DNA of 64,000 nt, taken from Selaginella moellendorffii. Lineage: Eukaryota; Plantae; Lycopodiophyta. The position numbers and the translations under genes were made by a program. The stretch spans positions 983,510 through 1,047,509 of the forward strand of contig NW_003314312.1 of NCBI RefSeq assembly GCF_000143415.4, in the 5' to 3' direction. Positions 11,401 through 23,555 of this stretch are shown one piece after another. The notes below the pieces were generated by a model. That model was not told the origin of the DNA, searched no databases, and was given only the letters and a program-made list of their open reading frames with translations. The first letter of the stretch is position 1. Every line of letters starts with the position of its first letter.

Positions 11401-12880
11401 TTCTAATCTAAAATTTATTCACTAATAATTAAGTCTCTAAAATATCATTATCTCTGACTTTGATAGTGATCTTTGACTTTGGGCCAGTTTAGGCATATTG
11501 GTTTCGGCACTTTGTGTGCATGGTCAAATTTTTATTCATGGGATAGCTACTGTCAATTAATCACATCACCTGCCTCTCTGTTAATGTTTTTTATTTCATT
11601 AAAAAAGGCGTGACTATATAAACAACTTTAACCACCTGGTTACAGTAGTCTATCTAAACCTTATTGATATGTTTGGATTCTTTGCTCATGAGGGTTGGGG
11701 CATCTAGCTTCTTTCTATATATCCTTGCGAGTAGGGGTGTATCACACTCTTGTAAGCTAGGTGACACCCAAAGTAGCAAGGGTGGCTAGCTCCGTTAATC
11801 ATTTTCTTGTCGACAATGGTCAAAAAATGTATGCATTAGACAAAGAGGTTACTTTAACTCATTTAAGTTGTGCATTTCTTATATAGTGTGATCACCGTGA
11901 ATTTTTTCTAGAGTTGTTTCTTTGCCGGTGGTCTTGACTGGAGTATGCATTGACAAGGATGTCGATCTTCCCTAAGGGGGGGAGAGTGTCACAAATGTAA
12001 CTTTGGGTATTAAAAGTTACCTATTTACTAGTCCTTTCGAATATTCTTTCCTTACTGTCACAACAGCAAGAGGTTGATATTGTTAGACTCGTTATCAATT
12101 CTCACTTGAGCTAGTTGAGAAATTGGTTAATGACCATATACTTAAATCGAATAAACATAAGATAGGAACTCTTATGTGTTTCTTGCTGAGTAGACTTAGC
12201 CTAGTTTGAGAAACTCTTGTAATTAGCTTGCACTTGCTAGGATCAAGAACCCCTGTGATATTGAGCTTAGTCCCTCAATATTCGCTAAATGATAACTGAC
12301 CATGTTTGCCAAACACTCTTGCTATTGTGCCCTTTGTGTTATTCTTAATAATGGGCCTCTTATTCCGGTCCCAAATGCTATTTATGGAAAGTGTCTAGAT
12401 TTGCTCATTTTGCATATCTATAGAATGTAGAAATTATTTTAAACACAACGGTGTTCATCCTGTGTCCAATTTCACAATCTAAAGACATTCTATATTTAAT
12501 AAGTTTTAAGTTTATCCCAAAGACTTACTCCTAATACTAAGGGTCACTAAAGGTGAAAGCCCAAAGCGTATGTTCCTCAAGGGGGGGGGGGGGGGGGGGG
12601 CAAGGGTGTGGGGGGTTCCAAAAATAAAAAAGGGATAGTAGGTAGGTTGAGCATGGGTGATTAACTTAAGATATAGTTTAGCTCCCGTTAATGTATCTAT
12701 TCTTGTTCTATGTCCAGCTTGGGTCTAAACCCAAGTTCTACACCATACTAGCTGATGGAGTACCCATGTCCTCATGTTAGGCAACCAATATGCTAAAATA
12801 GCACCAAACTCCATTTGGTTTTGTTTTGCATGTTAGTCCTTGTATTACGATGTTAGATGCTATAGAACTGTTCCAAGTTG
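8455..12880 (+). mobile_element. Heavily decayed LTR-retroelement-like segment
   Basis: PPT-like AAGGGGGGGAGAG at 11974-11986 followed by TGTCAC (LTR start at 11987). A 76-bp direct repeat at 8455-8530 and 12805-12880. The 11987 LTR start recurs near 42183. No intact ORF. Confidence 0.45.
12579..12600. repeat. Poly-G run (~22 nt)
   Basis: Direct read. Confidence 0.9.
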
Positions 12881-12889
12881 CTTCATGGC

Positions 12890-13597
12890 CTATGTATTAA
12901 TTCCGTTTCAAATCTATATACTATTAATAGTAAGTGTCTAGATCCACCCAAGAGGCATATCTACGGAATGTAGAGAGTGTCATAAACCCTATAGTGTTGT
13001 TCTTATTCCATTCTTCCATTTGTCCAAGCAAAGTCTGCCAAACACTTGAGTTATATGCAATTAGGACAATTACAACATTATAACTCCTATTATCGTCCAC
13101 CTGTAGAATACAAAATGGATGACTTAATGTTAGTCTGTTTTCCCAATTTTACAATATGTGGTTTGTTTAAAAGGCTCTTTGCTCAATGAAAGGGACTATA
13201 TCAAATGTTACAGCAAGTTGGATCACAAGTTTATGAGGTTTAGCATGACATCCAATAAGCCGATCCTCTAGAAATTGTACATATACAATGGCTAAAATGC
13301 TTCATACAAAGGGATCAAGAACAACTAACACTACTTACAGATACACTAATATCTTCTTCTGATGTTCCTTTAGATCCCGGCCTATCCACTACAAAACCAT
13401 GATTGTCTTTTATCATTCTAAGAGAAGAGGATGATGTGAGGTCCAAAGTGTATGGCTACAATGTTGTATACTAATATTAATGTAGTGGGATTTTAATAAT
13501 CATCGGATTGGTTTTAATTTGAACCACTCGCTCTTATATATAAACTAGGGTTTTTAGGTTAATTGATATGTACATTTTTATATTCCATACACTCACA
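12890..13597 (+). mobile_element. 3' end (integrase tail, PPT, LTR ~13435-13597) of the short-LTR gypsy family
   Basis: Reverse-complement homology to 18385-19100. LTR reads TGTGAGG...CACTCACA. Confidence 0.8.
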
Positions 13598-13755
13598 TTT
13601 TTTAGATAAATGTTTTATACAAATTGTGTTGCCAAATTATTGTATTCCTTTTTCTTATTTTAAAATAATCATCTTTCAATTATTGATCTTAAAAGAATTG
13701 CAATTAGGATATTTATGGAGATATAGTAAAATTTATTTTCATTAGATCTAATGAG

Positions 13756-14830
13756 ATGATTGAGCAGAAAATCAAATTGCTATACCAAAAGTTTGAAACA
13801 GCTACCCACTCTTATCACTCCCCCTTTCAAGCCTATCAAATTCATGCCAGACTATCCTTGATAAACTTAAATGATACTTCCTTATTAGGCTTCCATTCCA
13901 ACATTTCCATCCAGAACGATCAATCATGTTTACAACTTTTTTGCAGAATTGTCACCAAGAACTGCTTCCCCTGGGTGATGATGTTGCAAGCATTTGCCAC
14001 AAATGTTCATCCCCATGAAGTGGAACATCTCTTTTTCAAAATCCTGCAAACCAATCTTGTTGTTTGGAACCCAATGATAGCTGCTCATCACAAACAACGC
14101 TGGCACACTCGCTTTATGAATCAATGCCAACATGGAGCCTCATTTCTTCTACCACAATTCTTACTGCACTTGCTTGTTTTGGGGATTTGGAGAAAGCGAA
14201 GGTAGTTTTTTATTCGATGGAGGAACACGATCTCATTGCCTGGAACACAATGCTTGCTGCCTATACACACAGTGACAATATGGACGAACTCACTGCTATC
14301 CCCCAGCAGATGCCAGAACTTGATATTGTCTCGTGGAACACAATTCTTTCAGCATACGCACGATCTGGGGATTCTCACACCACAGAACAAATCTTCCATC
14401 GCATGACTGAAGCTGATCTCGTCTCCAGCACCACAATGCTTAAATTTTATGCAGAGAGCCGCGAGACAGATCAAGCCCAACAAGTCTCTTATGGATTGCC
14501 ACATTGCAATGACATCTCCTGGACAGTGATGATCAAAGCATATAGGGCTGCAAAGACCTTAACCTATGCTTTGATCTCTTTAACAAAGCCAGCAGTAGTG
14601 ATGTGGGAAGCTATGCTATGCGTATATACCAAGGCCGGGATGGCTAAACAAATTTTTTATTCCATTCCCGCTACAGCCCTCATGCCAGCATATGTTCAAT
14701 AAGACCATCACTTGAAGCGTCATGATCCACGGGTATGCCATGAAGGTCGCGCGAGTGATGCTTGGCGCCTATGCGAGCAATGGGGTCTTGGACGAGGCAA
14801 AAGGCTTCTTCGATTCCGAGCACGGTGATG
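13756..14830 (+). pseudogene. SS-type PPR pseudogene, copy 1
   Basis: 31-aa repeats (F..M.E.D..AWN.ML.AY...) broken by frameshifts across ORFs 13756, 14064 and 14722. Confidence 0.8.
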
Positions 14831-15163
14831 GCGGCCGAGTAATTTCGCATTTGTTGAAAATACAGGGGCATTGTGAGAATCGGGCTCGCGACCTCTCGCA
14901 CCCAAAACGAGAATCAAACCCATTAAGGACTAACGCCCTTCAAATATTTCAGTCATCGCTCCAGGCACGGCCCAGGACAAAATCAATAGACTGAAATCTG
15001 TGGATGTCACGGTTATAGAATCGCCAGCCAATATTGGTGAAGCAATGGACCAGGAATTTAAGAAGCGAAACCAATGTCGATCGGGAGGAATAACACGATA
15101 CTTCTAATTGTTCTCCATTTTGATGTACTCTAAAGCTTTTAATCACAGGAGTGATTCTTACAG

Positions 15164-15853
15164 TCAATGGTGGACGCTCTCCACACGGATTGGAGAGAAG
15201 TAACTGTTGCTCTTGTTCCCAGAGACATGGGAGAGGATCTCTTGAATCATGTTGTTTGTCTTGTTTGTGCAATCCTTGGCATGGATTTCCTTGGACATGT
15301 CCCGGCTCATGCTTGCGCTCCTCCCATCAAACATATACTTGAACAGCGTGCACAAGCTTCCACCTTCCTTAATCTGGACTCCATACCAGATCTTGTCTCC
15401 AGCACATCTAGTCGAGTGGCACAAGTCCTCGAGTCGCCTCATCATGTGGCATCTCGTCCCGCCAATCACCACCAAGAGCTGGGAGTTCCTCGAGGCACAA
15501 TCATCACGGTCTCTACTGCAGAGCTCTTGGGTGAGGAGGCTGTGAAGCTCTTGAGCTCTAGCACAGTGGAGGAAGTCCGGTGCCAGTAGCTTGGATGCCG
15601 ATCGTGGCCAAAAGTCATGAAAATCCCTGTGGGAAGTGATAACTAACCCATCAATCTTGTATACTACCTTGCTGCTCGGATTTTTCTTGGGGACCATGGG
15701 AGGCTCCTCCTGGAGCTCACGCCTTCTCTTTGGAGCACTAATCTTGGTATCAACTTGTCCTTCCTTGTTTCGCTGCCTCTTCTTTCCCTTCTTGATTGCA
15801 TCCATCGCCGCCACAGCGCTAGCCTTCTTGTCCACGCTCTCGATCACTGCCAT
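15164..15853 (-). CDS. Uncharacterised 229-aa ORF, copy 1
   Basis: Long ORF with a basic NLS-like N-terminus (KKGKKRQR, PKRRRE). Head-to-head with the PPR gene, telo-box-like sequence next to the ATG. No recognisable domain. Confidence 0.5.
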   Translation of the reverse strand: MAVIESVDKKASAVAAMDAIKKGKKRQRNKEGQVDTKISAPKRRRELQEEPPMVPKKNPSSKVVYKIDGLVITSHRDFHDFWPRSASKLLAPDFLHCARAQELHSLLTQELCSRDRDDCASRNSQLLVVIGGTRCHMMRRLEDLCHSTRCAGDKIWYGVQIKEGGSLCTLFKYMFDGRSASMSRDMSKEIHAKDCTNKTNNMIQEILSHVSGNKSNSYFSPIRVESVHH

Positions 15854-15989
15854 TAAACCCTGATTGTGTGAATCCTAAAGGGCCCTTTTATATGGTAACA
15901 AAAAATGCAATCAAATCAAAATCTAGTACGGACCGCGAATATTTTATTGATCGTTTATAAGACATGCTCCGTTTAATATAAAGAATCAA

Positions 15990-17702
15990 ATGAGTCCTAG
16001 TTCTTCCACTTCCCGACCTCGATCTTTCCGTTCCAAGCTTGACCGCGCCCACTCCAGCGATTGCGAGGTGAGGAGATTCCTTGCGTCGCTCAAGGAATGC
16101 TCGCGATCCCGGGATCTGGATTGGGGTAAGCAAATCCACGCCGAGGCGGAGTGCTGCGGCCTCGATTCCAATGCGTTCGTGGCGAGCAGCCTGGTGAATC
16201 TCTATGGCAAGTGCGGCTGCATGGACGAGGCGCGCAGGGCTTTCGACCGGATGAACTGCCCCGACCTCGTCGCGTGGAATTCTCTCATTCTGGGCTATGC
16301 CGTGAATGGGCATGGCGGGGTTGCGCTCCAGCTCTTCCTGGACATGGAATCGCGGGGCTTGAAAGGGAATTCTGTCACGTTTATTGGATTGCTCAAGGCC
16401 TGCGCGAGCCTCGCAGAGAAGGAGAATGGGATGGTTTTAGAAGATCTAGAGCTCGTCGTGAAGTTTTCTTCTCTTGAGAGAGGAATGGCTCTTCACTCCC
16501 TTGCCACTGCAAGGGGAATCGACACAAACGCTTTGGTAGCTAGCAGCCTGGTGGAAATGTATGCTCGGTGTGGAAGCGTGGTGGATGCGTGGAAGGTTTT
16601 TCATGGAGCTCCAAAGCGTGACGTAGTTCTATGGACTTCTTTGATGCAGGGTTTTGTAGAGAATGGGCAGAGCGAGGTGGTGCTTGAGCTCTTCGTGGAA
16701 ATGCAACGAGACAGCAGTGGAGCAAATGCCAGAACCTTTGTTGCGGTGTTCCAGGCCATCACTTCTTTAGCAAAGAGGGAACGAGGAGAAGAAACTATCC
16801 ATGGAAGGATACTCAAGCTGAAGTCTCTGGAAAGAGGTATGGCTTTTCACGCGCAAGCCTTGCGAATTACTAACCATCGCTTGGATATCTTTCTTCACAG
16901 CTGCTTGATCCAAATGTACGCGGCTTGTGGCAGCATGGGCGATGCTCTTGGAGTATTTAGCACCATTTTCCAGCCAAATCAAGTCTGCTGGACGGCATTG
17001 ATGCTCGGGTACGTTGAAAACAGCCAGGCCGAAACAGCACTACATTTTTTCTTGCTAATGCAGCTCGAGGGATGTTCTCCAGACGTGTGGACGCTCGTTT
17101 GCGTGCTCAAAGCTTGTGGAAGCTCAGTAGCCTTGAGGCTTGGCCGGATACTTCACGAAGAGATCACGAGCTTGGGGTTCCAGTTCCAGGGAGCCGTGAT
17201 CTCTTCGTTGGTAGATTTCTACAGCAGATGTGGGAGCATGGACGAAGCGGAGCTGGTTTTCAACTCGGTCTCGAGGAAGGATGCTGTGAGTTGGAGCTCA
17301 CTTATCGCGGGCTACAGCCGCCAGGGAGACAACGATCGAGTGATCCAGCTCTTTGAGAAGATGTGTGACGAGGGTGTCAAGCCGGACGGTGTAACTTATG
17401 TCTCGGTGCTCGCGACTTGCAGCCGGGCTGGGATGATCGAGCAAGGCAAGAAATTTTTCCAGGAGATGACGTCTAGGTGTGGATTAGATCCGGGCATTGA
17501 GCACTACCACTGCATGATCGACATGCTGGGACGAGCAAAGCAGATCGAAGAAGCTCTGGAGATGGTGGAAGCTATGCCGTTCGAAGCCACAATGGTCACT
17601 TGGACGAGTTTGCTGGCTGCTTGCTCGAAGTGGAAGAATGGGAGAGTGGAGAAGATTGCTTGTGACAACATCGTCTCTCTCCTGCAGAAGATTTCTCCAT
17701 AG
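15990..17702 (+). CDS. PLS-class PPR protein, 570 aa, ends within the E region (copy 1, intact ORF)
   Basis: PLS triplets; TYVSVLATCSRAG, EHYHCMIDMLGRA, WTSLLAAC. Confidence 0.92.
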   Translation: MSPSSSTSRPRSFRSKLDRAHSSDCEVRRFLASLKECSRSRDLDWGKQIHAEAECCGLDSNAFVASSLVNLYGKCGCMDEARRAFDRMNCPDLVAWNSLILGYAVNGHGGVALQLFLDMESRGLKGNSVTFIGLLKACASLAEKENGMVLEDLELVVKFSSLERGMALHSLATARGIDTNALVASSLVEMYARCGSVVDAWKVFHGAPKRDVVLWTSLMQGFVENGQSEVVLELFVEMQRDSSGANARTFVAVFQAITSLAKRERGEETIHGRILKLKSLERGMAFHAQALRITNHRLDIFLHSCLIQMYAACGSMGDALGVFSTIFQPNQVCWTALMLGYVENSQAETALHFFLLMQLEGCSPDVWTLVCVLKACGSSVALRLGRILHEEITSLGFQFQGAVISSLVDFYSRCGSMDEAELVFNSVSRKDAVSWSSLIAGYSRQGDNDRVIQLFEKMCDEGVKPDGVTYVSVLATCSRAGMIEQGKKFFQEMTSRCGLDPGIEHYHCMIDMLGRAKQIEEALEMVEAMPFEATMVTWTSLLAACSKWKNGRVEKIACDNIVSLLQKISP

Positions 17703-17909
17703 CTCATTACACGGGCTTTTTAAAAGAGATCATGTCGATCTCAATGATAGCTTATGGTCAGTGTGATTCGATTGATTCCTTTCTTACTTTGGTGTCACCA
17801 TCAAGATGAATGGCAATTGCCTCTACAAAGGAAGACAATTCCAAAAGTTGCGGGCAGACGGATGATCTCGACCTCTTGCATTACAAAAAATAGAAAATCT
17901 GTACCCAAG

Positions 17910-18303
17910 TGTTAGGCACCAGGTCAGGATAATAGGATAAGGAAAGGGCCCTGCAATCAAGTGATCACCCCTTTAGCTAGTTGGCTTAGGGTGTAAGGGA
18001 TAGGATCCTAACATTGGTATCGGAGCCCAGTTCGATTCTCGTGGCTGACGAGTGGGGCAGGAATATTCTGAAGGAATATTCAACATGGTGGATCTAAAGG
18101 GAGAACCAAGGTTTGGTAAACCCTAAGAGAAGGACCATGGTGACTGGATGGTGGCCTAAGTATGATCGTGGACGATCATTCCCTGACGAGGGGGAGGATT
18201 GTTAGGCACCAGGTCAGGATAATAGGATAAGGAAAGGGCCCTGCAATCAAGTGATCACCCCTTTAGCTAGTTGGCTTAGGGTGTAAGGGATAGGATCCTA
18301 ACA
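17910..18303 (+). mobile_element. TRIM (terminal-repeat retrotransposon in miniature), 394 bp
   Basis: Identical 104-bp LTRs (17910-18013 and 18200-18303; TGTTAGG...CCTAACA). PBS TGGTATCGGAGCC (tRNA-iMet type) at 18015-18027. PPT GAGGGGGAGGA. 5-bp TSD CCAAG. Empty site in the duplicate copy at 27720-27724. Confidence 0.96.
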
Positions 18304-18384
18304 CCAAGTGTGCATTATATCTTTAGAAATATTTTTCTTGACAAATTTTATAAAATTAAAACTATTTGATTTTCCTTTTCAAGC

Positions 18385-21300
18385 GGTGAGTGTTTGGAAT
18401 ATGGAAAGGGAATATAGAAAATGCACATATCAATTAGCCCAAAAACCTTAATTTATATATAGAAGCGAATGGTCTAGATTGAAATCAATTTGACAGTTAC
18501 TAAAATCCCATTACACTAATATTAGTATATAGCATCGTATTGGCCCTCACATCATCCCTTCCTTTTGAAATAATGGAAGGCCGTCAAGGTTTTTTTGTAA
18601 ATAGGCCAGGATTTGAAGGAACATTAGGAGGAGGCATCAGTGGATCTATAGATGATATTAATTGCTCCTGATCCCTTTGTATGAAGCGTTTCAACTGCTG
18701 CACATGCACAATCTCCAGAGGATTGGCTTGTTAGACATCATGCCAAACCTCATAAACTTGTGGTTCAACTTGCCACAACACCTAATACAGTACTTTTCAC
18801 TGTGCAAGGAGCCCCTTAAATAAACCATATATTGTAAGATGGGGAAAACGGACTAACACCAAATCTTCCACGTTGTACTCCGTAGGTGGACAATGATGGG
18901 AGTTGTATTGCCATTGTTGTCCCACTTGTATGCGGCCTAAGTGTTCGGCAGACTCCACTTGGACAAGTGGAAGAATGCTCATCAAATACTGATCCTATGA
19001 CCTAGCATCTGCAGCTTGTGGCAATCACGAAAGTAAACCCAGCTCCTTTGGTAATATTGGATCATAACCATATAGAAGTTTATATGGTAAAGCACTAACG
19101 GAACTCTGCACTCCTGTGACATATGCTTACCGAAGAGACGGCAAATAACCATCTTAATCCGAATGCTGAAAGTTCACATATTTCACAATCATCCCCTTGA
19201 ATGTCCGAACAAGCCGTTCCACCAGACCGTCTGATTGTGGATGATAAGCACTCGTGAAAGTGTGGCGTATCCCCAACCGAGACATCAAAACATGAAATGC
19301 CTCAGCCATAAATGCGGGACGATTATCCGAAAGAATCCGCTCTGGACAATAATGCTAGAACACCACTCAATTAAGGAGGAAGTATCCAACAACAGTTGTA
19401 GAGGCGCTAGCAAGAGCCCCAACTTCCACCCAATAAGTCAAGTAGTTAGACGCAATAATAATATACTCATTGCCAGCAGTTGACTGTGGAAAAGGTCCCA
19501 TAAGATCAAACGCCACCAACTCAAACGGATGGGAAATTGCAATTAACTCCAACCGTTTTTCCGCAACCCAAGGGGGAGTATTACGAGTTTAGCACCAAAC
19601 GCAACTACGCACATACCGGATAATATCACGTCACATCTTCAACTAATAGAAAGACTTGCACAGCTTCTCGGTTACATGACGATGTCCCATATGCCCACCT
19701 AGAACAGGAGAATCATGGTAGGCATAGAAAAATTGCGGAATAAAGATAGAAGGCACCACCAGCCGTAAATGATCCTTAGGATCCGTCCCCACAAAATAAA
19801 AAAGGCCATCTTCAAAGCGATATTGAGAATGTAAATGCCGAAAAGGCAAATCATCAGTAAGTGATGTAGGATTCTCAAACGCATCTCAAAGCCTTCGAAT
19901 CCACGGCTCAATCTTTTGAGCCTCACGAATCTTATCAAGAGAAGGTACATTTTGCTCTGCCCCTTGTGGACACTGAACATCAAGTACAGCAAACGCCGAT
20001 GGCACAGAATCCTCGTCTAGAAAATCCACAGAGGCTGGAATAACAGGCTCATCAGAAACATGAGAAGAGAATAGAAAAGGAAGGGGAGCTCAAGAAAGGG
20101 CATCAGCATCAGCCATAGAACTCCCTGGGCGATGAACAACATCAAAATCATATATCTGAAGCTTCAAAGCCCATCAAGTTGTACAACCAACTACGTTCTT
20201 TCGCTTCAATAATGAAGTAACAGTAGCATGATCACCTTTAAGTAACATTCGAGAACCATGTAGATATGCATGAAGTTTCTCGAAACCCCAAACTGCTGCT
20301 AAACACTCCTTCTTTGTTGTGGAGTAGTTCATTTCTGCTGGTTGTAATGTACGGTTTATATACGCAATGGGATGGCGCTGACCAGGCACACTCGAGCTCT
20401 CTTGCATCAACACACCTTCAAGACTAATGTCAGAAGCATCCACGCGCAAAATAAAAGGTCAAGTGTAATCAGGATATGCCAAAACTAGAGGAGTCGTTAA
20501 CAGTTTCTTGAGATCCCCGAACGCCCACTCATAATCCGGAGACCAGATGAAAGATGATGTTGATGACTTCAGCAATACTCACAACGGTGCAGTGCGATTA
20601 GAAAGATGATCCACAAAATGACCGAGATACTGCACCTTGCCCAAAAAGCGCTACACATCATTCACACAGTTCGGAGTAGAGAACTTTAGAATAGCCACAA
20701 GTTTGTTAGGATCAACTTGTAAACCCTCACGAGAAATACAGCACCCAAGATAAGTTGTATCCTTGGACCCAAACACGCACTTCGACTGCTTCAGCTTTAA
20801 ACCAACGTTGCGTAGCCGATCCAACACTTTACAAACATCACGAACGTGCTCCTCCCACGTCCCTTCCGAGTGGATCAAGACATCATCAATAAAGTCAGCA
20901 GTCACCTTTGACATATTACAAAGAACATTGTCCATCATCCGCTAAATAGTTGCTGGAGCATTATTCAAACCAAACAGCATCACCAAGAACTCGTACAAAT
21001 CAAATGGTGTACGAAAAACAGTCTTAGGAATATTTTCTTCGGCCATCGGTATTTGCCAGTACCCAGAAGCAAGATCTAACTTGGTGAATCAACGACTTCG
21101 CCCCAGACAATCCAAAAGATCAGTAGTGTGAGGAAGAGGGTACACATCAGGGATCGTCACTTCGTTTAACGGACGATAGTCAATGCAAAAACGAATACTC
21201 CCATCAAGTTTCGCCACAAAATGAGGTTCACATGCCCAAGGACTCCGCGACTTCCGAATAACACCCTTCTCCAACATCTCCTTGACATTTGCACGTAAAA

Positions 21301-23405
21301 TCCGGATCTCCTTGGGTGATTGACAACGAATGAAAACCTTGATTGGACGAGCATCCTCGGTTGGAATTGGATGACGTGTGGCAATCTTGGCCCTAGACAA
21401 TATGTCAAATTCAAAAGGATCAAAATACTCCTTCACGAGCCGGTCCACCACTGCAACACAAAGATCGTCAGAGAGATCGGAAAATGGAAGAGTAGAACAA
21501 GATGGAAACATAAGAGGAAATAGTGGGGGAACAAAAGTAATGGAAGCAGAGGTCGAAGTAAAGGGACAATGAGGTACAGAGAGGTACAGAAGTGAGAGGA
21601 ATGGATGAAACATAAGGAAGTATGAGACAAGGGGGAGAAGCCTCAAAATCACACTTGGCATGATTGTGCTGCAACCAATCCATACCAAGAATGAGGTCAA
21701 AAGTTTGACTCGGCACCACCTGCAATGACTGCAACTCAAACTCGAGATCGCCCACACGCACAACCAGGTCCACCTTATTTTGTGCACATGCATGTGTACG
21801 GCCGTTGCCATAAAGAATGAAAACTAGTTCCGCCGCATGACGCAAGTGTAGATGGCAACGTGTGGCAACAGGTTGAGCAATAGAAGATAAACTCAAACCT
21901 GTATCAAACAACACAGAGAGAATAATAGAAGATTTCTTGTTATAAAAACGAGCTTAGAAAGTAAACATTGGATGAACCAGTGCCAAGTGAACCCTTTAAT
22001 GATATTCCCAAAAGAAAGATGGAAGGGTCACTGACTTATTCGCACAAGATCCCTCCGTTACTCACACGACTCTTCGTTTCCCGGATGTATCTCAGTGTCC
22101 AAACCATCCACTGCAGTAGCACTAATGGGACGTTGCTGATGCCAAAGTCTCCACCCAGGAAATGGAGGTCGCCAATCCGAAAACCGTCGACAACGCCGAT
22201 AAGTATGACCAACTTCATCACACGCCTAGTAGCGGACATCACGGCCACAACCACGTCCTCGACCTTGTCCTTGGACTCGAGCAGCAGCAGCATCAACCTC
22301 CATTGGAACAGGACCATCACTCAAAGGAAGTGGAGCTGAAGGACGTGTAGTGAAAAGTGGAAGAGGCGATGTCTCATAACGTTGTGCCAAGCGAAGAGCA
22401 TCGTCAAGGGTGGTACGAGCAAGTGCATGCACAAGTCCGACAAAATCTTGACGAAGTGCTGGCCATAACATTCCTAGCTTGATCCGCTCCGACATATTTG
22501 GCTTCGCACGAAGCAAAAGACTTCGGAAACGAACGCTAAATTGCATCACCGACTCAGATGGCCCTTGGCGAAGATGATGCAATTGTTGGAAGGCATTATC
22601 ACAGTTGTCGGCATGTCCGAAGGCGCGTTTGAAGACGTCCGGGAGAACACTCCAATCCTCACAAGTGGCTGTGCTCAGACCATTGTACCATTGCACCATT
22701 GCAACGCCGTCCCTTGGAGACACGTGAGAAACTCACGCAAACGTCGAGCATCATCCCAAGAATAATATGTGGCAATCACCATGAAGTGATCGAACCAATG
22801 GTCCACAAAATCCCCAGGATTCCCACGAAAGAACTCCGGCTGAACGCGAGGATTAGCACCAAGAGCAAGAGGAGTTGTACCACGTGCCGTGAATGCTGCC
22901 ATCAATTAAGTTTGGTTGTTCAATTGCAAGCGCATAGCATCAAGCAATTGTATCAACTGTTGCTCCAGAGTCAAAGGAGGAGATTGCTAATTTGCCATGA
23001 AGACGGACAAAGAAAGAGCAAAAGAAGAGAAATAACAAAAAACGAGAAGGAAATGGGAGATCTAGACAATGCAAAAAAGTTAGATCTAAACCAAAATCCT
23101 GAAAGGGAAGAACAAAAGAAAAGGAATGGAAAAAGTTAAATCTAAATGATGCAAATGCTAGATCTAAACCAAAATCCCAAATTTAAGCACTCCTTAGGGA
23201 CAATCAAAAGCACCCCGCATTTCCACCAATGTGAGTGCTTAGAATATGGAAAGGGAATACAGAAAATGCGCATATCAATTAACCCAAAAACCTTAGCTTA
23301 TATATAGGAGCAAATGGTCCAAATTAAAACCAATTCAATGGCTACCAAAATCCAACTACACTAATATTAGTATACAACATCGTAACTGTACACTTGGCCT
23401 TCACA
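18385..23405 (-). mobile_element. Full-length but decayed Ty3/gypsy LTR retrotransposon (~5.0 kb)
   Basis: LTRs at 23230-23405 and 18385-18551. PBS at 23212-23228. Gag (QPEFFRGN..DHWF, GPVPMEVDA, CxxCxxxGH), protease (LFDTG), RT (FCIDYRPLN, FIDD), RNase H (VDAS..KECLA), integrase (GHMG, AFDLMGPFP). AAGC on both flanks. Confidence 0.95.
23212..23228 (-). promoter_or_regulatory. Primer-binding site complementary to the tRNA-Ala 3' end
   Basis: TGGTGGAAATGCGGGGT versus the recalled plant tRNA-Ala end ACCCCGCATCTCCACCA (1 mismatch). Decayed versions at ~46454 and 63721. Confidence 0.75.
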
Positions 23406-23555
23406 AAGCCTAAGTTTTTATAAAAGCTTTTGTTGCAAAATGCTTTTTCTTATTTAAAATAACCATCTTTCACTAAGAATTGCATATGAATAAAGGGGCA
23501 TATTTGCAAGTAGATATATGGCAAAATTTCTTTTGGTTGATAATGATCTAACCAG

